Assembly (NCBI GenBank): GCA_049321355.1
Contig: JBMOPZ010000040.1
Location: 59,410 to 123,409, forward strand
Reading direction: 5' to 3'
Source: Pseudomonadota bacterium
GTDB taxonomy: Bacteria > Pseudomonadota > Gammaproteobacteria > Burkholderiales > Gallionellaceae
Length of the DNA stretch: 64,000 nt
Positions 49,243 to 57,700 of this stretch are shown one piece after another. The translations under genes and the position numbers were made by a program. Under the pieces are notes generated by a model that saw nothing but the letters and a program-made list of their open reading frames with translations, searched no databases and had not been told where the DNA came from. Position 1 is the first letter of the stretch. The number at the start of each line of letters is the position of its first letter.

Positions 49243-50787
49243 TCAAGTCGCGCCGCGCTTGGAAAAATCTTTCAGCCGGAATCCCAAGGCAAGCAGTACG
49301 GCGAAATACACCACGACACCGCCCGTCACCAAGCCGGACAAATGCAGGATGCGCTCCCAGCCGGAGGTGGTGAGCCAGTGTTGTTGGCTGCCCATGCCGA
49401 ACCACAAGGTGAGTCCGAGTGCCAGCAGTGCCACGGCCACTTTGATGAAGAAGCCGTTCCAGCCGGATTCCGGCTGGTAGATGTCGCGCTTGCGCAGGAA
49501 GTAGAACAGAATCGCCGAGTTGAAACAGGCTCCGAGACCGATTGCCAGCGCCAGCCCGGCGTGATCCAGTTGCATCCCGAAGACGAACAGCAGGTTCATC
49601 AATTGCGTGGCAATCAGGGTAACGATGCCGATTTTCACCGGGGTTCTGATGTCCTGCCGCGCATAAAAACCGGGCGCGAGAATTTTCACCAGTATCAAGC
49701 CGATTAAACCGACGCTGTAGCCGACCAGCGCGTAACTGGTCATCAGCACGTCATGCGCGTCGAATGCACCGTGCTGAAAGAAGGTCGCCAACAACGGCAC
49801 GGCAATCATGCCCAGCGCCAACGCGGCGGGCAAGGCCAGCAAGAAGGTCAGGCGCAATCCCCAGTCAAGCAGCCTGGAATATTCCGCCGTATCGTTATCG
49901 GCGTGACTCTTGGAGAGCGACGGCAACAAAATCGTGCCGAGTGCCACTCCCAGAATGCCGCTGGGGAATTCCATCAGGCGATCGGCGTAATACAGCCAGG
50001 ACACGCTACCCGCCACCAGAAACGAGGCGAAGATGGTATTGATGATGAGGCTCAGTTGCGCGATGGATACGCCGAACACTGCCGGCCCCATCTGCTTGAT
50101 AACGCGCCACATGCCCGCATCCTTGAGACTGAAACGGAGGCCGGGCAACATGCCGATTTTTTTCAGAAACGGCAGTTGGAAAGCGAGTTGCACCATGCCC
50201 GCGACGAATACCGCCCACGCCAGTGCCAAAATCGGCGGGTTGAAATACGGTGCCGCCCATAACGCGCCGCCGATAAAACAGATATTGAGCAAAATGGGCG
50301 CGAATGCGGGTACCCAGAACTTGTTATAGGTATTGAGGATGCCCGCCGCCACCGCCACCAGCGAGATGAAGAAGATATAGGGCGAGGTGATGCGCAACAG
50401 TTGCACGGTGAGCGCAAACTTGTCCGGCTCTTTGGCAAAACCCGGCGCACTGATCCACACCAGTATCGGCGCGGCGATAATGCCGATGAGCGTCACCACA
50501 AACAAAATCAGCGCGAGCATGGTAGTCACGTGATCGACCAGCAACCTGGTCTCATCGTGCCCGCGCCGGTTCTTATACTCGCCTAAAATCGGCACAAAAG
50601 CCTGCGAAAACGCGCCCTCGGCAAACAAGCGCCGCAACAGATTGGGCAATTTGAACGCGACGAAAAAAGCATCCGTCGCCGCCCCCGCACCGAATACGCG
50701 CGCAATCAACACGTCGCGCACAAAAGCAAGAATGCGCGAAACCAGCGTCAGGCTGCTAATGGTGGCAAGGGCTTTGAGTAGATTCAT
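49243..50787 (-). CDS. murJ: Lipid II flippase MurJ
   Basis: [47 protein letters not shown]; ATG at 50787. Confidence 0.96.
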   Translation of the reverse strand: MNLLKALATISSLTLVSRILAFVRDVLIARVFGAGAATDAFFVAFKLPNLLRRLFAEGAFSQAFVPILGEYKNRRGHDETRLLVDHVTTMLALILFVVTLIGIIAAPILVWISAPGFAKEPDKFALTVQLLRITSPYIFFISLVAVAAGILNTYNKFWVPAFAPILLNICFIGGALWAAPYFNPPILALAWAVFVAGMVQLAFQLPFLKKIGMLPGLRFSLKDAGMWRVIKQMGPAVFGVSIAQLSLIINTIFASFLVAGSVSWLYYADRLMEFPSGILGVALGTILLPSLSKSHADNDTAEYSRLLDWGLRLTFLLALPAALALGMIAVPLLATFFQHGAFDAHDVLMTSYALVGYSVGLIGLILVKILAPGFYARQDIRTPVKIGIVTLIATQLMNLLFVFGMQLDHAGLALAIGLGACFNSAILFYFLRKRDIYQPESGWNGFFIKVAVALLALGLTLWFGMGSQQHWLTTSGWERILHLSGLVTGGVVVYFAVLLALGFRLKDFSKRGAT

Positions 50788-50862
50788 GCTTGGGCGCGGA
50801 GGGACACTATCAACGCCGCGCATCATAACATTGCACATGTAGGCGCGATGCGCATAAACGTG

Positions 50863-51223
50863 TGGAGCCGTTCGCCCTGAGTAGGTTGGGTTAGCGGCTT
50901 CATCGCGTAACCCAACATAAAAACCAAAATCGCCAAGGGTTGCGCATCATACAAGGCCGTTCGTGGTGAGCTTGTCGAACCATGAACGACAAAATCACAA
51001 TCAAAACCGTCGGGGGTCGCCTTCTTTTTGGTTACTTTTTCTTTGGCGAAGCAAGAAAAAGTGACTAGCTGTCGGGCTACCCCCGACGATTTTTAATTTT
51101 TTTCGCAATTCACAATGCGCCAGCCGCTTCGCGGCGATCCTTCGACAAGCTCAGGACGAACGGATGTATGCATACCCCATCTACCGCGAGGGGAGAGAGG
51201 GCGCTGCAACCCGCCTAACCACC
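50863..51223. repeat. Mosaic cluster of REP-like and MITE-like repeats (murJ-rpsT intergenic)
   Basis: GTAGGTTGGGTTAGC..GTAACCCAAC (50881-50916); CCGTTCGTGGTGAGCTTGTCGAACCATG (from 50957); 81-bp element with CGTCGGGGG/CCCCCGACG ends (51008-51088); CCTTCGACAAGCTCAGGACGAACGG (about 51139-51163). Confidence 0.75.
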
Positions 51224-51239
51224 CGCCCCGCAAAAAGAT

Positions 51240-51268
51240 TTGCAAAAATAGGCACAAGTCACTAGAAT
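51240..51268 (+). promoter_or_regulatory. Putative sigma70 promoter of rpsT
   Basis: TTGCAA-17 bp-TAGAAT. Confidence 0.55.
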
Positions 51269-51307
51269 GCTCGCCTTTCGTCGTACCGAATTTTCAAGGA
51301 GTGGTTC

Positions 51308-51571
51308 ATGGCCAATACTGCACAAGCCCGCAAGCGTGCCCGTCAGTCAATTAAACAAAACGCGCACAACAGTAGTTTGCGCTCGGAATTGCGTACCGCA
51401 ATCAAAAAAGTAATCAAGGCGATCGAAGCCGGTGATAAGAGTGCCGCCAAAGCCGTTTATCAAACTTCTGTCAGCACGGTGGACAGCATCGCCGACAAAA
51501 AAATTATCCATAAGAACAAGGCAGCGCGACACAAGAGCCGCTTGTCCGCCGCGATCAAGGCGATGGCTTAA
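51308..51571 (+). CDS. rpsT: 30S ribosomal protein S20
   Basis: [27 protein letters not shown]. Confidence 0.97.
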   Translation: MANTAQARKRARQSIKQNAHNSSLRSELRTAIKKVIKAIEAGDKSAAKAVYQTSVSTVDSIADKKIIHKNKAARHKSRLSAAIKAMA

Positions 51572-51599
51572 TTATTGCAGACGATATCACTGCGACAAC

Positions 51600-51627
51600 A
51601 AGGCCGACAGCTTCGTCGGCCTTTTTT
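51600..51627 (+). terminator. Rho-independent terminator after rpsT
   Basis: AAGGCCGAC-agcttc-GTCGGCCTTTTTT. Confidence 0.85.
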
Positions 51628-51673
51628 GTTTGCGATTTCGAATTAACGATGTAACACGACTAAAAACTTGCTT

Positions 51674-52846
51674 ATGTCACATTTAATGAACACTTATGCC
51701 CGCTTGCCTGTCACCTTTGAGAAGGGTGACGGGGTATGGCTTTGGGATGCCGATGGCAAACGTTATCTCGACGCGCTATCGGGTATCGCCGTCAATACGC
51801 TGGGGCATGCCCACCCGCGTTTTGTTGGCGCGTTAAATGCGCAAATCGGCAAGTTAATCCACTGTTCCAACGTCTATCAGATAGCCGGGCAGGAAGCACT
51901 GGCCGACAAGCTGTGCGCCATTTCCGGCATGCGGGAAGTGTTCTTCAGCAATTCCGGCTGCGAAGCGAACGAGGCGGCAATCAAGCTGGCGCGGCTGTAC
52001 GGCCACAATCGGGGCATCGAAAATCCCGCCATCATCGTGATGGAAAAATCCTTCCACGGACGCACTCTGGCGACGCTGTCGGCCACCGGGAACCGCAAGG
52101 TACAAGCGGGTTTCGAGCCGCTGGTTAAGGGTTTTGTACGGGTTCCATACGATGACGTGGAGGCGGTGCGTCAGGTTGCGCAACATAACCGCGATGTCGT
52201 CGCCATCCTGGTCGAACCGATTCAGGGCGAAGGCGGCATCCGCACTCCCGATGCGGGCTACCTGCAGGCATTACGCACAATTTGTGACGAACACAGCTGG
52301 TTGCTGATGCTGGACGAGGTACAAAGCGGTATCGGACGCACCGGAAAATGGTTCGCCCACCAGCACACCGGCATCCTGCCGGACGTCATGACGCTTGCCA
52401 AAGGGCTGGGGTCGGGCGTGCCTATCGGTGCCTGCCTGGCAGCGGGTCAGGCTGCGGGAACATTCAAACCCGGCAACCACGGATCCACCTTTGGCGGCAA
52501 CCCCCTGGCGTGTACCGCCGGATTGGCAACACTGAACATCATCGAACAAGACCGGTTAATGGAACATGCCGAGAAACTCGGCATGTTCCTGCGCGACGGC
52601 TTTGCCCGCGCACTCAAAGATGTCGCGGGTATCCGGACGATTCGCGGACAGGGTCTGATGATGGGCATTGAATTGGCCAAACCCTGCGGCGATCTGGTCA
52701 AACTGGCTTTGGCGAAAAACCTGCTGATTAACGTCACCGCCGATAACGTAATCCGTTTATTGCCGCCACTGGTTATGTCGCAAGATGAAGCGCGGCAACT
52801 GATCGATGCCTTGAGTCCTGTCATCGGGGAATTCTTGCAATCCTGA
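51674..52846 (+). CDS. argD: Acetylornithine aminotransferase
   Basis: NSGCEANEAAIK, SFHGRTL, EPIQGEGG, DEVQSG, TLAKGLG PLP lysine. Confidence 0.93.
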   Translation: MSHLMNTYARLPVTFEKGDGVWLWDADGKRYLDALSGIAVNTLGHAHPRFVGALNAQIGKLIHCSNVYQIAGQEALADKLCAISGMREVFFSNSGCEANEAAIKLARLYGHNRGIENPAIIVMEKSFHGRTLATLSATGNRKVQAGFEPLVKGFVRVPYDDVEAVRQVAQHNRDVVAILVEPIQGEGGIRTPDAGYLQALRTICDEHSWLLMLDEVQSGIGRTGKWFAHQHTGILPDVMTLAKGLGSGVPIGACLAAGQAAGTFKPGNHGSTFGGNPLACTAGLATLNIIEQDRLMEHAEKLGMFLRDGFARALKDVAGIRTIRGQGLMMGIELAKPCGDLVKLALAKNLLINVTADNVIRLLPPLVMSQDEARQLIDALSPVIGEFLQS

Positions 52847-52859
52847 ATCAAAACGTATC

Positions 52860-53783
52860 ATGACCACACCGCTCAAACACTTCCTGCAATTCAAAGACCT
52901 TAACCGCGAAGAACTGGAATACCTGTTCGAACGTACCCGCATCATCAAGGAAAAATTCAAGTCCTACCAGCAGTACTGGCCGTTACAGGATCGCACACTG
53001 GTGATGATTTTCGAAAAAGCCAGCACCCGCACCCGCCTGTCGTTCGAGGCGGGAATGCAACAACTGGGCGGCGCGGCGATTTATCTGAATACCCGCGACT
53101 CGCAACTGGGGCGCGGCGAACCGGTGGAGGATGCCGGACAGGTCATCTCGCGCATGAGCGACATCGTGATGATCCGCACCTTCGAGCAGGACATCATCGA
53201 ACGTTTCGCGGCAAACTCGCGCGTACCCATCATCAACGGCCTGACCAACGAATACCATCCCTGCCAGATACTGGCCGACATCTACACCTACATCGAGCAT
53301 CGCGGCGGCATCCGGGGCAAGACCGTGGCGTGGATAGGCGACTCCAACAACATGTGCAACACTTGGCTACAGGCGGCGGAAATACTGGGCTTCAACCTGC
53401 ACGTCTCGACACCGCCCGGCTATGAAGTGGAGGCGGAACGCGCCGGACTGTACGGTCACGAACATTACGAAGAGTTTCCCGATCCGATGGACGCCGCGCG
53501 CGGCGCGGATTTGGTCACCACCGACGTATGGACCTCAATGGGTTTTGAAGCCGAAAACGAAGAGCGCATGAAAGACTTTGCCGACTGGCAAGTGGATGGC
53601 GACATGATGCGCGTTGCCGCAAAAGACGCGCTGTTCATGCACTGCCTGCCCGCCCATCGCGGCGAAGAGGTATCCGCCGAAGTCATCGACGGCCCGCAAT
53701 CCGTAGTCTGGGACGAAGCTGAAAACAGGCTGCACGTGCAGAAAGCCCTGATGGAATACCTATTGTTGGGGAAAGTGAAGTGA
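52860..53783 (+). CDS. argF: Ornithine carbamoyltransferase
   Basis: FEKASTRTR, HPCQ, HCLP motifs. Confidence 0.96.
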   Translation: MTTPLKHFLQFKDLNREELEYLFERTRIIKEKFKSYQQYWPLQDRTLVMIFEKASTRTRLSFEAGMQQLGGAAIYLNTRDSQLGRGEPVEDAGQVISRMSDIVMIRTFEQDIIERFAANSRVPIINGLTNEYHPCQILADIYTYIEHRGGIRGKTVAWIGDSNNMCNTWLQAAEILGFNLHVSTPPGYEVEAERAGLYGHEHYEEFPDPMDAARGADLVTTDVWTSMGFEAENEERMKDFADWQVDGDMMRVAAKDALFMHCLPAHRGEEVSAEVIDGPQSVVWDEAENRLHVQKALMEYLLLGKVK

Positions 53784-53861
53784 AATGCCCACCCCCAACG
53801 CAGCCTGTTTCGGCGGACGCTAACATGAGCACAGCGAATGTTAAGCCGCGTAGCGGCGGCG

Positions 53862-53929
53862 GAAGCCAAAATCGTTTGCACGTGCAGAAAGCCCTGATGG
53901 AATACCTGTTGCTGGGTAAAGTTACTTAG
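53862..53929 (+). repeat. Diverged duplicate of the argF 3' end
   Basis: 31-bp exact repeat (53731-53761 vs 53877-53907) within a longer copy encoding EA(E)NRLHVQKALMEYLLLGKVT*. Confidence 0.85.
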
Positions 53930-53941
53930 AGGAAGTGCACT

Positions 53942-54211
53942 ATGCCAACAATCAGCATGTTTTACGGCATTCTTGTCCTGATGTTTTACCGGGACAACCG
54001 CCGCCATCATCTTCCTCACATCCATGTCAGATACCAGGGCATGGAAGCGGCAATTTCTATTGAAGATGGTGCTATCTTTGACGGTGAGCTGCCCCCAAAG
54101 CAACTCAAAATGGTGCAAGCATGGATTGAGATTCACAAAGAAGAGTTGGTGCTTGACTGGGAATTAGCCGTTAATGGCGAGCAACCCTTCAGAATCGCGC
54201 CCCTGCAATGA
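53942..54211 (+). CDS. DUF4160-family protein (putative TA component)
   Basis: MPTISMFYGI..M...D...H..PHIHVRY; WIEIHKEEL...W. Confidence 0.85.
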   Translation: MPTISMFYGILVLMFYRDNRRHHLPHIHVRYQGMEAAISIEDGAIFDGELPPKQLKMVQAWIEIHKEELVLDWELAVNGEQPFRIAPLQ

Positions 54212-54221
54212 AAGGTCAGCC

Positions 54222-54458
54222 ATGTTAGTCGATGTCATCCGCGTCAAAACCACCCAAGACTTTCAACTTGAACTCACCTATCAAAATGGTGAGAAACGCC
54301 GTTTTGATATGCGGCCACTGCTGACCCAGCGTCCTTGGAATCGCATTGCCGCACCACAACTTTTTCACCATGCCGAAGTGGCCTACGGAACAGTCATTTG
54401 GCCGGGTGAAATCGACATCGCGCCGGAAACCCTGTATGACGACTCTGTGCCCCTGTAA
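54222..54458 (+). CDS. DUF2442-family protein (putative TA component)
   Basis: L.LTYQNGEKRRFDM, GTVIWPGEIDIAPETLY; ATG at 54222. Confidence 0.85.
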   Translation: MLVDVIRVKTTQDFQLELTYQNGEKRRFDMRPLLTQRPWNRIAAPQLFHHAEVAYGTVIWPGEIDIAPETLYDDSVPL

Positions 54459-54485
54459 CGATTAGTAGAACAGCGAATGCAAAAT

Positions 54486-54522
54486 GTAGGGCGGGTTAAC
54501 CGCGTAGCGGTGTAACCTGCCA
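54486..54522. repeat. REP-like repeat upstream of argG
   Basis: GTAGGGCGGGTTAACCGCGTAGCGGTGTAACCTGCC; same pattern as 50881-50916. Confidence 0.6.
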
Positions 54523-54553
54523 CCCTGACCCATCCCACGAGTGAGAAAACAAC

Positions 54554-55780
54554 ATGAGTGAAATAAAAAAAGCCGTCCTCGCCTACTCCGGCGGACTGGA
54601 CACCTCGGTCATTCTGAAATGGCTGCAAGATACCTACCAATGCGAGGTGGTTACCTTTACCGCCGATCTCGGACAGGGCGAGGAGTTGGAACCGGCACGC
54701 CAGAAAGCACTGCAATTCGGCATCCCGGCGGAGAGCATCTTCATCGACGATCTGCGCGAAGAGTTTGTGCGCGATTTTGTATTCCCGATGTTTCGCGCCA
54801 ATACCGTTTACGAAGGCGAGTACCTGCTCGGCACCTCGATTGCGCGCCCGCTGATTGCCAAACGCTTAATCGACATCGCCAGGGAAACCGGCGCGCAGGC
54901 CATCTCCCACGGCGCAACCGGCAAGGGCAACGACCAAGTACGTTTTGAGCTGGGTGCTTACGCACTGAATCCCAACATCAAAATCATCGCGCCGTGGCGC
55001 GAATGGAATTTGCTGTCGCGTGAAAAATTGATGGCGTATGCCGAGCAACACGGCATCCCGGTCGAGATGAAACACAAGCAGGGCGGCTCACCCTACTCCA
55101 TGGATGCCAACCTGCTGCACATCAGCTACGAGGGTCGCCATTTGGAAGACCCGGCCGCCGAAGCCGAGGAGTCGATGTGGCGCTGGTCGGTGTCGCCGGA
55201 GAATGCCCCCGATGCAGCCGAGTATCTGGACATCGAATTCAATCAAGGCGACATCGTTGCCCTGAATGGCAACAAGATGACTGCCGCACAGGTGTTGGCA
55301 AAACTGAACGAGCTGGGCGGCAAGCACGGTATCGGCCGTCTAGACCTGGTGGAAAACCGCTACGTCGGCATGAAATCGCGCGGCTGTTATGAAACCCCCG
55401 GCGGCACGATTATGCTCAAAGCGCACCGCGCCATCGAATCCATCACGCTGGATCGCGAAGTCGCCCACCTTAAGGACGAGCTGATGCCGCGCTACGCCAG
55501 CATGATTTACAACGGCTACTGGTGGGCGCCGGAACGTTTGGCGTTGCAAACACTGATTGACCAAACCCAGCGCACCGTAAACGGCTGGGTGCGTGTCAAG
55601 CTGTACAAAGGCAACGTGATTGTCACGGGTCGAGATTCCAAAACCGATTCGCTGTTCGACCCGACCATCGCCACCTTCGAAGACGATAAAGGTGCTTACG
55701 ACCAAAAAGATGCCGCCGGTTTTATCAAACTGAACGCGCTGCGTATGCGCATCGCCGCCAATCTTAAAAGCCGCACATAA
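54554..55780 (+). CDS. argG: Argininosuccinate synthase
   Basis: [33 protein letters not shown]. Confidence 0.97.
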   Translation: MSEIKKAVLAYSGGLDTSVILKWLQDTYQCEVVTFTADLGQGEELEPARQKALQFGIPAESIFIDDLREEFVRDFVFPMFRANTVYEGEYLLGTSIARPLIAKRLIDIARETGAQAISHGATGKGNDQVRFELGAYALNPNIKIIAPWREWNLLSREKLMAYAEQHGIPVEMKHKQGGSPYSMDANLLHISYEGRHLEDPAAEAEESMWRWSVSPENAPDAAEYLDIEFNQGDIVALNGNKMTAAQVLAKLNELGGKHGIGRLDLVENRYVGMKSRGCYETPGGTIMLKAHRAIESITLDREVAHLKDELMPRYASMIYNGYWWAPERLALQTLIDQTQRTVNGWVRVKLYKGNVIVTGRDSKTDSLFDPTIATFEDDKGAYDQKDAAGFIKLNALRMRIAANLKSRT

Positions 55781-55792
55781 CCGGGGAAAACC

Positions 55793-56110
55793 ATGGCAGA
55801 CAAAATCAACAACGTCAGCGTCGGTAAAAAAGCCAATGTGTTTTTTGACGGCAAGTGCGTATCACACTCGATATTCTTTCCGGACGGCTCGCGCAAAACC
55901 TTGGGGGTCATCATGCCGGGCAGCCAATTGACCTTCAATATCGGCGTGGCGGAACTGATGGAAATCACCGCCGGGGAATGCTCCGTAAAGATTGCCGGCG
56001 AATCCGCATTTAAGACCTATACCAGCGGCATGAGCTTCGCTGTTGCGGAAAATAGCAGCTTCGAAATTCACGCCAAGGATGAAGTAAACTACGTTTGCAG
56101 TTTTTGCTGA
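55793..56110 (+). CDS. ppnP: Pyrimidine/purine nucleoside phosphorylase (DUF1255 cupin)
   Basis: KANVFFDGKCVSH, KTLGVIMPG, E.MEITAG. Confidence 0.88.
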   Translation: MADKINNVSVGKKANVFFDGKCVSHSIFFPDGSRKTLGVIMPGSQLTFNIGVAELMEITAGECSVKIAGESAFKTYTSGMSFAVAENSSFEIHAKDEVNYVCSFC

Positions 56111-56118
56111 GAAGGTGT

Positions 56119-56165
56119 TCCCCAACCCTCTCCCGCCGGGAGAGGGTGCCGAAGGCGGGTGAGGG
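56119..56165. repeat. REP-like repeat (CCCTCTCCC/GGGAGAGGG family)
   Basis: CCCTCTCCCGCCGGGAGAGGGTGCCGAAGGCGGGTGAGGG; related to 57519-57606. Confidence 0.65.
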
Positions 56166-56194
56166 AACACGCTGTATCCAAGGAGGATAAAACC

Positions 56195-56683
56195 ATGCCA
56201 TCTTTCGACATCGTTTCCGAAGTAGATAAAACAGAAGTTAAGAACGCGCTTGAGCAAACCAATAAGGAGGTCAGCACACGCTTCGACTTCAAGGGCAGCG
56301 ATGCCCGCGTCGAGCAGGCGGAACTGGTGCTCACCCTCCATGCCGATAACGAATTCCAGCTCAATCAGGTGCAGGACATTCTCAACGGCAAACTAACCAA
56401 GCGCGGCGTGGATATTAAATGTCTGGAAATCAGCGACAAGATCGAAAAAGTCAGCGGCAACAAGGTCAAACGCGCTTGCACCGTCAAAGTGGGCGTGGAA
56501 ATTGAACTGGCAAAAAAAATCGTCAAGCTGCTCAAAGACAGCAAAATAAAAGTGCAGGCCAGCATTCAGGGTGACACGGTGCGCGTTTCCGGGAAGAATC
56601 GTGACGATTTACAGGAAGCTATCGCCTTCGTTAAAAAATCCGTCAGCGATTTCCCCTTGCAATATCAAAACTTTAGAGACTAA
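56195..56683 (+). CDS. yajQ: YajQ-family nucleotide-binding protein
   Basis: [44 protein letters not shown]; AAGGAGG RBS. Confidence 0.95.
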   Translation: MPSFDIVSEVDKTEVKNALEQTNKEVSTRFDFKGSDARVEQAELVLTLHADNEFQLNQVQDILNGKLTKRGVDIKCLEISDKIEKVSGNKVKRACTVKVGVEIELAKKIVKLLKDSKIKVQASIQGDTVRVSGKNRDDLQEAIAFVKKSVSDFPLQYQNFRD

Positions 56684-56688
56684 CAGCA

Positions 56689-57231
56689 ATGAAAACCGCA
56701 CTGGTCTTATTCGCGCGGGGTAGCGAAGAATTGGAGGCTATCACCATAGTCAATATCCTGCGGCGCGGCGCGGTAAGTGTCACGCTTGCCGGGCTCGAAG
56801 CGGGTGTTTTACGCGGCAGCCGGAACACGCAAATCATGCCGGACACCACGCTAGAAGAGGCACTCGCTCACGATTACGACATGCTGGTACTGCCCGGCGG
56901 ACAACCCGGCACCCACAACTTCAAGGCGGACACGCGCGTCATTGATCTGATACAAAAAATGGCAGCCCGGGGCCGTTATGTGTGCGCAATTTGCGCCGCA
57001 CCCTCGGTGCTGGCCGCCGCCGGGTTGCTGGACGGCAAGCGCGCCACCGGCTATCCCGGCACGCTGGATGGCTACGCCGCCGTGCAACAGCAGGCAAGCG
57101 CGGTCGTGGAAGACGGTCGCATCATCACCTCTCGCGGTCCCGGCACGGCGATGGACTTCGCACTCACGCTATTGGAACGTCTGGCGGGATCGGCGAAACG
57201 GGCGGAAGTCGAGGCCGGGCTGGTACGCTAA
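56689..57231 (+). CDS. DJ-1/YajL/ThiJ-family protein
   Basis: GSEELEA, LVLPGG, AICAAP, TSRGPGTA. Confidence 0.92.
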   Translation: MKTALVLFARGSEELEAITIVNILRRGAVSVTLAGLEAGVLRGSRNTQIMPDTTLEEALAHDYDMLVLPGGQPGTHNFKADTRVIDLIQKMAARGRYVCAICAAPSVLAAAGLLDGKRATGYPGTLDGYAAVQQQASAVVEDGRIITSRGPGTAMDFALTLLERLAGSAKRAEVEAGLVR

Positions 57232-57341
57232 AGAAACGCGGAAGGACGGTCATGCCCCATAGTCGGGCATCCAGCTTGTTGAATTGACTGGGTTCCCGTC
57301 TGCGCGGGCGTGGCGGGAGCGGATTTGTTCAGTGCCGAATC

Positions 57342-57606
57342 GATAGCACAGCCCCCCCTTCTCCCGGAAAGACCTCGACATCGAATTCCGCGATGTTTGA
57401 TAGCACAGCCCCTCATCCCCACCCCTTCTCCCGGGAAATTGACGCGCGCCGAGTTTAGAGAGTTGATAGCACAGCCCCTCATCCCCACCCCTTCTCCCGG
57501 AGGGAGAAGGGAGTAAAGCCCCTCTCCCTGTGGGAGAGGGATTGGGCGGCAAAGCGTCCGCGAGAGTGAAGCCCCTCTCCCTTTGGGAGAGGGGTTGGGG
57601 TGAGGG
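57342..57606. repeat. REP-derived tandem array: 38-bp unit, unique 28-29-bp spacers, then inverted REP hairpins
   Basis: TTGATAGCACAGCCCCTCATCCCCACCCCTTCTCCCGG exact at 57397-57434 and 57463-57500; shortened copy at 57342-57367; CCCTCTCCC/GGGAGAGGG hairpins follow. Confidence 0.8.
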
Positions 57607-57700
57607 AAATCATGCCCCGGCTTACTTGGCCTTGTGTTACCTGCACCCAACTGCGGTTTTTAGCTTCAGCGTGCCTAACACGCCCTCAAAGAGTACGCCC

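Noticed and set aside
57342-57500. True CRISPR array
   Set aside because: Only three repeats, one of them degenerate. The repeat is the left arm of a REP family also seen at 56119 and 57519-57606, and there are no cas genes or leader. Kept only as a REP-derived array.
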